From Cyanidioschyzon merolae (Eukaryota), in NCBI GenBank assembly GCA_000091205.1, contig AP006493.2: a stretch of 64,000 bases of DNA, one strand, 5' to 3'. Position numbers and translations under genes: made by a program. Below, one piece after another: positions 35,051-45,074 of this stretch. Under the pieces are notes generated by a model. The model did not search any database and was not told where the DNA came from. It saw only the letters and a list, made by a program, of their open reading frames with translations. Numbering within the stretch: the stretch's first letter is position 1; every line of letters begins with the position of its first letter.

Positions 35051-35549
35051 GCGATAAGCGCGGGAGAGGGTTTACATCCTCGCGATACGCACATACATCC
35101 CATGCGTTTGGGTCTAGTCTTCGCCTCAAAAACAGATGCTTGATCGATACAATGCATCCCCGCGTATTGCGCCTCCAGCTGACACCCTCCGGGGACTGGG
35201 CGCTCGGACGATGCGTTTCTCGGGGCATCATCGCGAGAAATGCGCATCATTGCTGGACGCTGCGTCCGATCTGGTAATGCATGCGTGCCGACGCACCTGT
35301 TTACCCGTCGTCGCATGCGTGCACGCATGCGCCTCGCGGGAAAGAATGACACGCACGCAAGTGCACGCATCAACCCGAGCGTCTCGATGCGTTGTCTCTC
35401 TCTGGAATGACGCAGCGTCGTGTAGCGGCCCTGATGACATCGGCGCAGGGTACGCTGCTTGCACGCTACAGATATAGCAGACTACGCACAGAGACTGAAC
35501 AGTAGTCTTTACGAAGCAGACGAACGTACGATCCTCTGCGCCCCGCCGC

Positions 35550-38294
35550 ATGTCCCGTCTGGTCACAGGTAGTTCTCGCTCGTTGCGCACGCTTTCGAAG
35601 AGGAGCGGTACGTTCGCTTCACGCTCGACTCGGTTGACGTCAACCAACACGACCCGATCGCTTGTGCTTGCTGGAGTGCTCATCCAGGACAAGGGAAGGC
35701 GTGTCGGTGTGGCTGCATGCTTCGTCGATGCCTGTCGGGTCGAGCTGCGTCAGTTCACCGACAACTACGCATACGACCGCCTGGCTGTGGGCCTGGAGGT
35801 GCTGGACCCGTCAGAACTGGTGGTGCCTGATGGAATAGCGCTTTCCATTCTGGCGCCGATACTCCAGCGTGATCAAGGGGTCGCGACTACCAGCATATCG
35901 GGCGACGGCAGCGGTACAGTGCATGCGGACTCTCGTCGCGCTGTGCCGATCCCTCGACGATTATTCAACGAGCAAATCGGTCTGGAACTTATGGAACGAT
36001 TCGCCGTGGACGCAGCCGCGATACGTCTAAGCGCGTCACAGCCCGAGCGTGACCTCGCAACGGCAGCATGTGCCGCAGTGTTGCAGTATCTCGAGCACCG
36101 CGGAGAGTTGAGTTTTCGACCAAGGGCCGTTCAATTCGTGTTCACGAATTGTGAGGACGCGCTTTTCATGGACTCATGCACCGTGCATTGCTTGGAACTG
36201 GTGGAGCGCGGCGACTCGGAAAGCGGCACCGACGCAGACATATCTCTACAGCGTACGCTGCGTTTCACGCAGACCGCCGAGGGCGCGCGCGCCCTGCGAC
36301 GCGCGATCCTCGAACCACCCGCGAATCGGACCGTCATCGAGGAGCGCCTGGATGCCCTAGATTTCATGCTCAGCAATGATGCGATTTACTACGAGCTTAA
36401 AGAGGCGCTTCGACAGACGCCCTCGGTCGAAAGAACGATCGCGCAGATTTTCCATATCTATCCGCGAGCACGGGAATCGTTGGGCATGCAGGCGCAGTCC
36501 CATATTCGGGATGCGCGCGTTCATGGGGCGCAATCCATCGACCATGTCGTCGACTTCCGCTTTGTGCGTAGCGTCTGGCAACTGAGACGGGCACTCGACA
36601 GCCTCTTTCGCATACGCGAAGCGCTCGATGTGTTCCTGGAAGAGCGCTCGACCCAGACCGGTACAAGGACCTTACCAGTACTTCTGGAATGGTGCCGGAA
36701 CGTTGCCCGTCTCACTGCACTGACCGATTTGCACCATGAGCTGGGGCGCTGTCTCGCCTCTACGACAGAAGTAGAGCTCGAGCTCGGTTCAACCGAGCGA
36801 AATCGCTTGCATATTGCTTTTGCCCTGCGCGCTGGCGCCAATCCATTGCTCGACGCTGCGCGTCGTGCGCTGTCCGACACCGTATCGAGCGTACATCACC
36901 TCGCTGAGGCCACCAAGGGTCAGTTGCGATGCCCTCGTCTGCATGTCGCGTACAGCACGCTGCGCGGATACCACTTTGTTTTGCCTTTGCGAGACGCTGT
37001 GCAGCAATCGCTTACTCGCACGGAGATCGGCGGCGTTCTCTTACGGTATCCGGTACGTTCAGGAAAAAAACTCCTGTTCACAACCGATGCGCTGATTCGT
37101 TTGAACATGCAGTACCAGGAGACGCTGGCAGAAATCTGGCATTTGAGCAGCAAAGAACTTTCCAAGCTGGCGGAAATGGCAACGAGCACCGCTTCAGCGC
37201 ACGCGATCCACGAGTTTTGTGATTGCGTGGCTGCACTGGACGTCACCCTCGCGCTGGCGACATGTATTCGACGAGCGCGCGACCGCAGTTCGTGTCCGTG
37301 GGTGCGACCACAATTCCCCGACACCAATGTCATGGCCATGAAGGATGGACGCCATTTGCTCCTGTCCCATCTGTACGAGGCACAGCGGCGCGATCCACCA
37401 AGACCGAACGATGTCTATATAGATGACGCTCATAACGTGATGCTTCTCTTCGGTGCAAACGCGTCGGGCAAGTCCGTGTACATGAGACAGACAGCGCTCA
37501 TTGTGGTGCTCGCCCAGATGGGGTGCTTCGTACCAGCTGCTTTCGCCTCCATGCCTGTCTACAGCGTGCTTCTGGTGCGGAGTCGCTCTGATGACGCTCT
37601 GGAACATAATCTCTCCTCGTTTGCCATGGAGATGCGGGAAATCACAAGCGCGCTTCACTACATTGACGGAGAGGCGCTCTCCAGCGCATTAAATCCGTTA
37701 GACCAGGAGCGCCGCATTCACAAACTTGTCTTATTCGATGAAGTCGGACGCTCGACCGGCTCGCTTGATGGCAAATCCATCGCCTGGGCGATGCTCGAGT
37801 ACCTTTCTGATACGACCGCACATATCATCTTTGCCACACACTTCAGCGAGCTTGCGCGGACGCAAACGTACCTTCCTAACGTCCATGTGATGCACCTACA
37901 GTCACGAGTGGAGAATGGCACGCTCTATCATGATTACAAGCTTGTAGAGGGTGCGCCAGCGTCTTCTCGTTACGGGGCCGAAGTTGCTGCCCAAGCCGGA
38001 CTCCCCAGCGCTGTGGTCACACGCGCGTTGCAGTTTCGCGGAGTGTTCAGCGGAGATGCCTCCACCTCAACAACGACACCTACAGCAACAGATACTGGAA
38101 ATCAAGGATTCCTGAGTATCGACGACGAAACTTGGGCCCATTGCAGATGGTATACCAAAGCCAACACCCTACTCCAGCGACTTGTCATGCTCTCGTACGT
38201 GGCCACTTCACCTGAAGACCAGTGCGCAGGCGTAGCCGAACTGGCTTCGGTGTTCGCGGACTTGTTCGAGACGCCAACAGCGGTTACTCGCTAG
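35550..38294 (+). CDS. MSH4: MutS homolog, most similar to the meiotic MSH4 subtype. It lacks the N-terminal mismatch-binding domain.
   Basis: The MutS ATPase Walker A region reads LLFGANASGKSVYMRQTALIVVLAQMGCFVPA. Other shared segments are SSFAMEMREI, LFDEVGRSTGSLDGKSIAWAMLEY, IFATHFSELA and YHDYKLVEGAPASSRYGAEVAAQAGLP. These resemble the MSH4 sequences STFMKEMKEI and TLFATHFLEL. The MutS-family call is strong. The MSH4-versus-MSH5 subtype is moderate. Confidence 0.8.
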   Translation: MSRLVTGSSRSLRTLSKRSGTFASRSTRLTSTNTTRSLVLAGVLIQDKGRRVGVAACFVDACRVELRQFTDNYAYDRLAVGLEVLDPSELVVPDGIALSILAPILQRDQGVATTSISGDGSGTVHADSRRAVPIPRRLFNEQIGLELMERFAVDAAAIRLSASQPERDLATAACAAVLQYLEHRGELSFRPRAVQFVFTNCEDALFMDSCTVHCLELVERGDSESGTDADISLQRTLRFTQTAEGARALRRAILEPPANRTVIEERLDALDFMLSNDAIYYELKEALRQTPSVERTIAQIFHIYPRARESLGMQAQSHIRDARVHGAQSIDHVVDFRFVRSVWQLRRALDSLFRIREALDVFLEERSTQTGTRTLPVLLEWCRNVARLTALTDLHHELGRCLASTTEVELELGSTERNRLHIAFALRAGANPLLDAARRALSDTVSSVHHLAEATKGQLRCPRLHVAYSTLRGYHFVLPLRDAVQQSLTRTEIGGVLLRYPVRSGKKLLFTTDALIRLNMQYQETLAEIWHLSSKELSKLAEMATSTASAHAIHEFCDCVAALDVTLALATCIRRARDRSSCPWVRPQFPDTNVMAMKDGRHLLLSHLYEAQRRDPPRPNDVYIDDAHNVMLLFGANASGKSVYMRQTALIVVLAQMGCFVPAAFASMPVYSVLLVRSRSDDALEHNLSSFAMEMREITSALHYIDGEALSSALNPLDQERRIHKLVLFDEVGRSTGSLDGKSIAWAMLEYLSDTTAHIIFATHFSELARTQTYLPNVHVMHLQSRVENGTLYHDYKLVEGAPASSRYGAEVAAQAGLPSAVVTRALQFRGVFSGDASTSTTTPTATDTGNQGFLSIDDETWAHCRWYTKANTLLQRLVMLSYVATSPEDQCAGVAELASVFADLFETPTAVTR

Positions 38295-38695
38295 CGCTCA
38301 CTCCCTTGTTGACTTGCTGTGTGGTGCTTGGCGCTATCACCTTTGTCCTCGAGCGGTAATTCAAAGCTTCGCTTTAACGCTTCCTCTAACGTACGTTGCG
38401 CAGTGTACACTTTGGCCTGTAAGTATAGAGATCCACCGTTCTTTGGATCGTTCAAGGTATAAAGTCGCCTCAGTCGCTCCGCTATGTGCTCTGGTGAGGT
38501 TCCTGGTGTGGCACCTACTATTCGGTACGCCTCCTCGACGGTCATGCGCCCACGTCGTACTGCGTTCGCTGCAGCAGACTGTGCCGCACCCGTGGACTGT
38601 GCGTTTGCAAGCGCTTGTCGGTATGCTTCGGCCAAGCCTCTGAGAAGAAACTGTCCACCATATATAATAAGCTGTGCAACTATTTTCGATGCCAT
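38291..38695 (-). CDS. PAM16: Mitochondrial import inner-membrane translocase subunit TIM16 / PAM16 (Magmas-like, J-like domain).
   Basis: The translation reads MASKIVAQLIIYGGQFLLRGLAEAYRQALANAQSTGAAQ...MTVEEAYRIVGATP...GGSLYLQAKVYTAQRTLEE. It is collinear with PAM16 (MAAKLLAQIIVLGSQVFGRAFAEAYRQA...GSFYLQSKV). Confidence 0.85.
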   Translation of the reverse strand: MASKIVAQLIIYGGQFLLRGLAEAYRQALANAQSTGAAQSAAANAVRRGRMTVEEAYRIVGATPGTSPEHIAERLRRLYTLNDPKNGGSLYLQAKVYTAQRTLEEALKRSFELPLEDKGDSAKHHTASQQGSER

Positions 38696-38850
38696 GCAAG
38701 CGTTTCCGATTCACCTTAGTAGCTGCCCAGCGGAACGCTGTCGCACAGGGCACCTTTGTGACGAACGGATAATGCGTCGGTGTCCAGTGCAGCGTCGGAC
38801 AGGCGCCCATCGAAGCATGCGATGCGTTAGCGTACTGCTCGCCGGCCGGC

Positions 38851-39332
38851 AAGACGTTGTTGTCGGGAGCCGACAACCCGCAGGTCAGCGGAACATCGTT
38901 TAACGGCAATCATGAGGGGATGGAGTGGAGCGGGTTGTTGTCGGGAGCCGACAACCCGCAGGTCAGCGGAACATCGCTTAGCGGCAATCATGAGGGAATG
39001 GAGTGGAGAGACGTTGTTGTCGGGAGCCGACAACCCGCAGGTCAGCGGAACATCGTTTAACGGCAATCATGAGGGGATGGAGTGGAGCGGGTTGTTGTCG
39101 GGAGCCGACAACCCGCAGGTCAGCGGAACATCGCTTAGCGGCAATCATGAGGGAATGGAGTGGAGAGACGTTGTTGTCGGGAGCCGACAACCCGCAGGTC
39201 AGCGGAACATCGTTTAACGGCAATCATGAGGGGATGGAGTGGAGAGACGTTGTTGTCGGGAGCCGACAACCCGCAGGTCAGCGGAACATCGTTTAACGGC
39301 AATCATGAGGGGATGGAGTGGAGCGGGTTGTT
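38851..39332. repeat. Minisatellite of ~6 tandem copies of a 78/79-bp unit. Two unit variants alternate, giving a ~157-bp higher-order repeat. Each unit contains a perfect 8-bp-stem, 3-nt-loop inverted repeat.
   Basis: The unit cgacaacccgcaggtcagcgg recurs at 38871, 38949, 39028, 39106, 39185 and 39264. Each unit contains gttgtcgg-gag-ccgacaac. Variant A reads ...atcgtttaacggcaatcatgaggggatggagtggagcgggttg, and variant B reads ...atcgcttagcggcaatcatgagggaatggagtggagagacgttg. The small ORFs across it on both strands are repeat artefacts. Confidence 0.95.
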
Positions 39333-39385
39333 TTCAGATTAATGAGGTTTACGTTGTATATAGATTGGGCTGCACTCTAACGCTA

Positions 39386-40667
39386 TCAATATAGGCCTTT
39401 TGTGGGATTTCTCTGCGACGGATAACCTGTCCGTACGCTAAACCTCCAGCATAAAATATGCGGATATCTGTTCTGCCTTCATCTCCATCTTCGCAAGCAG
39501 ATGAATACTGATGGCAGCGTTCGTGTCCCGATTGCGCCGCTTCCCGCCTTTGTCGACGCTATTCATGCAGAGGCGCAAGTTGCGATCCGAGCTTCGCTTG
39601 CAATTTTCACTGTCTTTCTATGCAGCCTCCAGACGCACTTCGCAACGTTCATGCACGAATGCAGACAGGTGTGCCAGCGAGTGTCCACAGCAGCTCCTCG
39701 TCTGGCGGTCGCTCTTCCTTGGATGACCGTTTGAATCATCGCTCGGTACCAGCCATTGGCGGTTGCAGGAGGCATCCTGCGATACGCTGCTCCAAATCCG
39801 TGTCCGGTGCGGTGCACGACCAGTGAGGGTTGCTTCCGACTGGTCTAACCCCGATAAGCACACCGCTCCATTCCACAGAGGATATATGGAACGCCTCGTG
39901 CTCCACGGGGAAACGTGCAGCTGGAGCGAAATCTACGACGGAGAACACTTGGAGAGATTTCGCTTCGCCTAACTCATTCTTGCACAAACCGGTGATGCAG
40001 TTTTCACTCGAAGGAATCTCTGCGATGACTGAAGACAGAGCCCAGCACTCTTGTCCATGCGAATACAAGCGACGGGAGCCTCTGCGAGCTAATCACGTGA
40101 GAGCTACGAGTGTACTGTCGAATTACGAACCCTCGTCGACGACTGCAACGCCTGGAGCATACGTCGTTCGAGCGGAATCGAGCATCGGACGTGAAGAGTT
40201 CAGTGTGGCTTCCGCACACGCTCGGGAACAAATCGTCAACGCGCGACATCGCGTACGTTACCTCAGCAGTCCAGCAGCGCGAATAGCTGCGCCCCAGTCC
40301 ACTCTTGCATCCGAAAAATCGAACACATGAACCGTGCGCGATGTGCGGACACCTCGCCAACGGAAAGCAGAAGCGTCGAGGCTCGTACCTCTGAGTCGCG
40401 TAATGATCTCACTTGTTGTACGAACCGTTGTTTGAGCGCGTCGCGTACGCCTTTGATTCCGATACCGTTGCGAGTTCCAGCGCCGATGCGTCGAAAGAGC
40501 CACGCTGATCAAGAGACACCCGAGAATCCCAAAACGAATCATGAAACCGGAATCCATGAATCCCGCACACGCAACGTCGAATCTATACACCTATGAAAAT
40601 GGTTCGGAAAATACATCGAAGTCGAGGAAGAATGGAAGCGGTTCAGTGTTCCATGTTGATTCAACAT
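39386..40667. repeat. Dispersed ~1.28-kb repeat, copy 2. It directly abuts the 3' end of the minisatellite.
   Basis: It is near-identical to 24557..25838, with the same ORFs carrying a few substitutions. It begins about 55 bp after the last minisatellite unit. Confidence 0.9.
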
Positions 40668-42186
40668 GCTCTAGAGACGAGCAATGTTAGCGCGGATGCC
40701 TGCATTGCGACGATGGCAGTTTCGGGTACCAGGTGCGCAGGAGCTAAACATAAGCGTGCTAGTCGGCGTGCGCTCCATGACCAGCGTGCAGGACACGAGC
40801 GCACGTTCACGCTCTAGTGGGTATCGCGTGACGTATGCCTAAAGTCTGAAGGCGCAGCGGGCACCGGGGCCGACGACCTCGTGCGGCACGCCCCATGTAT
40901 CCCGATGGATGCATACGAGAAGCCTTCGGTGCGCTCTGCAATTGGATGCAATAGCGTCCATTGAAACCGCAACTGCACCGAATGGCTACATCTTCGACAC
41001 CTTGTAAGGGTTTTTCGTCCAACGTCCCTGGAGACCGGATCGCATGCCGAGCGACACTTTGCATGGATAGAATACGATGCACGATCCATTGCTGCAAACT
41101 CGAGCAACCTCTTTTCTCGCACAGAGGCGCGTTCGGTCCCATGAATATCCGTTTTTCATTTCTTGAGAAGCATCGGATAGGTTCCCGTGCATGCTTTCAA
41201 CATGAAATCCTGTATTGTTTCTCTGATAATTTCTTCTCCGTCGAGTCTCATGTACTGAAATCCCAGTGTTGGGGAGTTCGTGCGCTTGCACTGCGAAGCA
41301 TGCAGTGACGCCATCGGTGCGTGGGCGTCACTCCGAATTCTTCTGAAAGACCCAAAAGTCTTATGGAGCGAATCATTGGTTCTCAGTGGAATCCTCGGAT
41401 ACCCAATTGCTATCGTTCATGAAAGATACGCGATTCTCCGCGATACCCAGTTGTGACGCCGTTCCGCCACCTCCAGTCAACAGGTTTCAAATCTGCCTAC
41501 AACAGAAGCCTTACCGCTGGCCGTTACAGTCCAGTTCGAACGTCCCAGACCAAACCGTCGCTTCCAAGGAGTACCATCCTCAAACAGTTCCCTATCGATC
41601 CGTAGTGTCCACATCAGCCTGGTGCGCGTACGTTTACGAGCCCTCACAGCCCGACTCGCGAGCACCAGCGCACGTTTGCAGCGAGCGCAGCACCGACCAC
41701 CTCAATAAACCCGAGTGGAGCAACTGCCACCGAGGCAGACTGCGTCGCACTGTTATCAAATATGCTTCAATGAAAAAGTATTCGTGGCCTTAACGTTGAC
41801 AAGTCGCGAAATTGACAGCCTCTGCGACTCCCGAGCACGTACCCGATATGCGCATCGCAGCCGAGCGCCACGCTGTGCCGATGGCAGCACACGCACCGCG
41901 CATCATCGCCGGCAGCGCGGGCACCAGATCGATCCCGCCGCACGGGCCGGTGGACGGTGCCACGCGGTGCATAGGAGATCGTGCAAGCTCGCATTCCACC
42001 TGATTGCAGCGGCGCGTGACACACCATCAGTACGATGGCCATCGCGCGCGACACATGTGTGTCACGTCCCCGTGATGACTGTATCGAGTGGCATCCCCGT
42101 GGGGTTGATGTCGCCGGGCCCTGCAGCCAGTACGTGGCGCACGTTGGATCGGGGTTTGTGGCGACGCGTGCATACGGCACGTCACG

Positions 42187-43896
42187 TTGCGCTGCATCGT
42201 TTCCAATGCGCCCTCGCCGTCGAGAGGCTGGGCGAATGCACCCGCGATGACATGCCTTTGGATTGCGATCTGTCCACTGGCCCGCATCCGATTTGTCGTT
42301 CAACTTGCTTCGTGTCCCGTTACTGAAGTATTTACGGGAAACCGGAACGCGTGGGGCTGCATAGCTCTCTACGATCTTTCAAGAAGTTATTTAGATTTCT
42401 CTGTCCAACCGTCCTGCAAGAAACGACGAGCCGTCGGTCTTGTTTTGCTTGGGGTGGGTTCTACGAACTCTGGCGCTACCCTCGGTGCCTTGGTCCAGCC
42501 TCGAGGCCCGCAAAACCGTTGTCCTTCCCGTAAAAACATATCGTGCGACGCTTTTGTCGCGACTCTGGGAGAACGGCGCGGGTCCGGGCTTTGCCAGACT
42601 GAGACTAACGCCTCGACAGACGCGACGAGCTTGAGAAGCCACGACAAAGTCCACGCTGCTCCTTCAAGAAACTCGGAGGGAAATACGCTTGCTTACTTCA
42701 TGGACAACAGAAATCTGTATTCGAGTGCTCTGGGGACGCGAATTTCGATTGAGAGCAAGGGTTCAGGCACCAACAGAGAACAGCCAGTGATGATCATGGC
42801 TGGAAACCCCCTTCGAGTACATGTCATAGATGATGATAGAATACCAACAGCTTCGATGCCGGGCGGTTTTTCCGCGCACGACGCGCCCCCGGGCCGAGGA
42901 CTCGCGTCGCACTCGACGGAACCACAGGCCTCGAGAAGCGTGTTTGCTGAAGGCAAATCCATCGTCACACCCAGCGAACGATATCGGAACGGGCATCAGG
43001 GGTCACATGTAGCGACTGGTATCCATACGGGTGACACGTTCCGCAGTGCGACGGCTCCACTCAGCAGGGATGGTGCCGGGCTGCCTGCCACCCGACCATC
43101 GTTCCCCATGCAACAGTCGTGGAAGGCCGGACCGCTCCGGCCCGCCGTTGCCGTTCACGATGGAGGAGACGTTTTCGAGTGGACTCAGCCAGATGCCCGA
43201 CAATCAATCAGATCTAATCAGATATCGCCGGTTTCCACCAGTGCGGAGTTGTCACCACCTATGACGAGAGTACCGACGCCGATTCCGCCCCCAGATCATA
43301 TTGAATGGAAACCGCCTTCGATGGCGACGGGCTCGCCGGTGACAACGTCGTCGTCACCTTCAGAACGTGCGCTCGATCGCTCACGGGGGCAACAGCGGGT
43401 TGTGCCGCACTCAGGCTGGGTCTCATTGGAGAGCGCGCTTCGAGCATCAATAGTTCCTGAACATCTACGCCTTCCGCGACTGCTCACCGAACAGCCGGTG
43501 CGAGCGGATGCAACCCGTACCCGATTCCTTGTACGCCTGCGTGTACCGTCAGAACTCGACGCCTTTAAGATCGCATCTATTTGGCGGAAACGGCAGGAAA
43601 CACGGTTCTGCCTCAACTGTGGAGTCAATGACGCGCCGAGCTGGCATCGGATGGAAGACGACGAGCTTGGTCTCATCGAAATCGGGGAAGGCTGGCTCAA
43701 CTCTCCGACGCTTTTGGCTCAAATCGCGGGTAGCCCAGGCAGAAGATTGCAAAGGGCGCAGTGCAATGCCTGCTGGAAATACAGCTCGCGTCACGGCGGT
43801 GAACAGAGACCACCGCGCCTGTGGAAAGGCTCAGAATTGGATCGCCTCCTCGGCCTCAGGGTCATGGAAGCCCAGTTGCGACTGTTTCAGCGTTAA
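42187..43896 (+). CDS. Hypothetical Ser/Pro-rich protein with a C-terminal GATA-like zinc finger that has an unusually long inter-cysteine loop. The true start may be internal.
   Basis: A 569-codon open frame is unlikely by chance even at this GC content. The C-terminus reads CLNCGVNDAPSWHRMEDDELG...(~50 aa)...CNACWKY. Compare the GATA consensus C-x-N-C-x4-T/P-x-W-R...C-N-A-C-G-L-Y, whose loop is 17-20 aa. Confidence 0.45.
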   Translation: MRCIVSNAPSPSRGWANAPAMTCLWIAICPLARIRFVVQLASCPVTEVFTGNRNAWGCIALYDLSRSYLDFSVQPSCKKRRAVGLVLLGVGSTNSGATLGALVQPRGPQNRCPSRKNISCDAFVATLGERRGSGLCQTETNASTDATSLRSHDKVHAAPSRNSEGNTLAYFMDNRNLYSSALGTRISIESKGSGTNREQPVMIMAGNPLRVHVIDDDRIPTASMPGGFSAHDAPPGRGLASHSTEPQASRSVFAEGKSIVTPSERYRNGHQGSHVATGIHTGDTFRSATAPLSRDGAGLPATRPSFPMQQSWKAGPLRPAVAVHDGGDVFEWTQPDARQSIRSNQISPVSTSAELSPPMTRVPTPIPPPDHIEWKPPSMATGSPVTTSSSPSERALDRSRGQQRVVPHSGWVSLESALRASIVPEHLRLPRLLTEQPVRADATRTRFLVRLRVPSELDAFKIASIWRKRQETRFCLNCGVNDAPSWHRMEDDELGLIEIGEGWLNSPTLLAQIAGSPGRRLQRAQCNACWKYSSRHGGEQRPPRLWKGSELDRLLGLRVMEAQLRLFQR

Positions 43897-44396
43897 ACCG
43901 TGACGATGCGAATGCACACCTGTTTGAATAGGCGTGGGGTTCCTTCTCGCGATCGAGCGTGTCGGGGCCGCGGACCGAACGCAACATCATTATGTATGCT
44001 TCTAGGATCCGGGCTAAGACTGCCAGCGCAGCAGGTGCCACTCAAGCGTCACATTTACGCTTGCTTCGTGCACTCGGAACTCGACACGAAAGCATCGCTT
44101 TCAAGGCATTGCGCTCAGGTGTGTGTCTGTGCATCCATATAGGTGCGCGCACGGCTTCCCGCCAGTGCGATGATCACCGAGATCGCTGCGCGCCATCGCC
44201 GGCAGGAGGCGCCCCAGCAACACAGAGCATGGCCATGCGTTGCAGCAGCGGCAGGAGGCGCGCGCGCAGCATGATGCGCTGAATGGCTGCCCGACGGCCA
44301 GTGGCGAGGCCTGTCACGATCGCGACGATGGTGTGACAACCTCGCCAAGTCCAGGGCTGCGATAACCGCGCGCTCGCTTCACCTATTGAACGTTGG

Positions 44397-45074
44397 TTGT
44401 ACACGCGGTATTGTTCACGTTCAGTTAAAATGGCTTTCGTGGGTACTCGTGTCGTCGCAAGTCGCTTCTTTGGGGCAGCGTCCAAGTCAAGTCCTGCACG
44501 ACGGGCGCGTTGTTTACGGAGTTGTCCTACGGTGAGGCGACCGGCGCTACAAACCGCTCGCCACGATGGTGTGGCGCTCGTCCAGATGAGTGCAACCTCG
44601 GAGCCGTTGACACTCAGTGAGGCGTCCGTGGAAGTCGTTCTCGATGAGTTACGGCCGTATTTAATGGCAGATGGAGGGAATGTGTCTATAGTGGAGATTG
44701 ACGGAGCGACGGTGCGTCTCAAGCTGGAAGGTGCCTGCGGGTCGTGCCCGTCGTCCACGATGACGATGAAGATGGGCATCGAAAAACGGCTTCGAGAGCG
44801 AATACCCGAGATAGAGTCGGTTGTTGCTGTGGAGGACGCGGGTGAGCAGCCGTCTTCCGAGGGTGTGGAACAAGTCCTTGACCAAGTGCGCCCGTTCTTG
44901 AAAATCGCGGGTGGCTCTATCGAACTGGTGTCCATGACGAACATAGACGGACCTGCACCAGTGGTGAACCTGCGCCTCATGGGCACTGGAGCGGCGATTC
45001 AGTCCGTGAAAGTGGAGATTTCGAGTCGAATTCGCAGGCGGTTTCCGCGCATAGCACAGATCGTTTTCACCTGA
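44397..45074 (+). CDS. NFU: NFU-type iron-sulfur cluster scaffold protein, plastid CnfU-like. It has a targeting peptide, a functional NFU domain with CxxC, and a second, degenerate NFU domain.
   Basis: The first domain reads VLDELRPYLMADGGNVSIVEIDGATVRLKLEGACGSCPSSTMTMKMGIEKRLRERIPEI. The second domain (VLDQVRPFLKIAGGSIELVSMTNIDGPAPVVNLRLMG) lacks the CxxC. That architecture is typical of plant plastid NFU1-3. Confidence 0.82.
   Translation: MYTRYCSRSVKMAFVGTRVVASRFFGAASKSSPARRARCLRSCPTVRRPALQTARHDGVALVQMSATSEPLTLSEASVEVVLDELRPYLMADGGNVSIVEIDGATVRLKLEGACGSCPSSTMTMKMGIEKRLRERIPEIESVVAVEDAGEQPSSEGVEQVLDQVRPFLKIAGGSIELVSMTNIDGPAPVVNLRLMGTGAAIQSVKVEISSRIRRRFPRIAQIVFT

Noticed and set aside
38827-39342. 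Several 60-100-codon ORFs on both strands across the minisatellite.
   Set aside because: They are a direct consequence of the 78/79-bp periodicity (not a multiple of 3, but open by repetition). The peptides are simple repeats.
41715-42330. Mutually antisense 203-codon and 178-codon ORFs.
   Set aside because: They overlap each other completely in very GC-rich DNA, which is typical of spurious open frames, and have no motifs. At most one could be the 5' end of the 42187..43896 gene.
43655-43760. A possible short intron that would shorten the GATA-like loop to the canonical 17 aa.
   Set aside because: No GT...AG pair preserves the reading frame through the CNAC motif, and the genome appears intron-poor.
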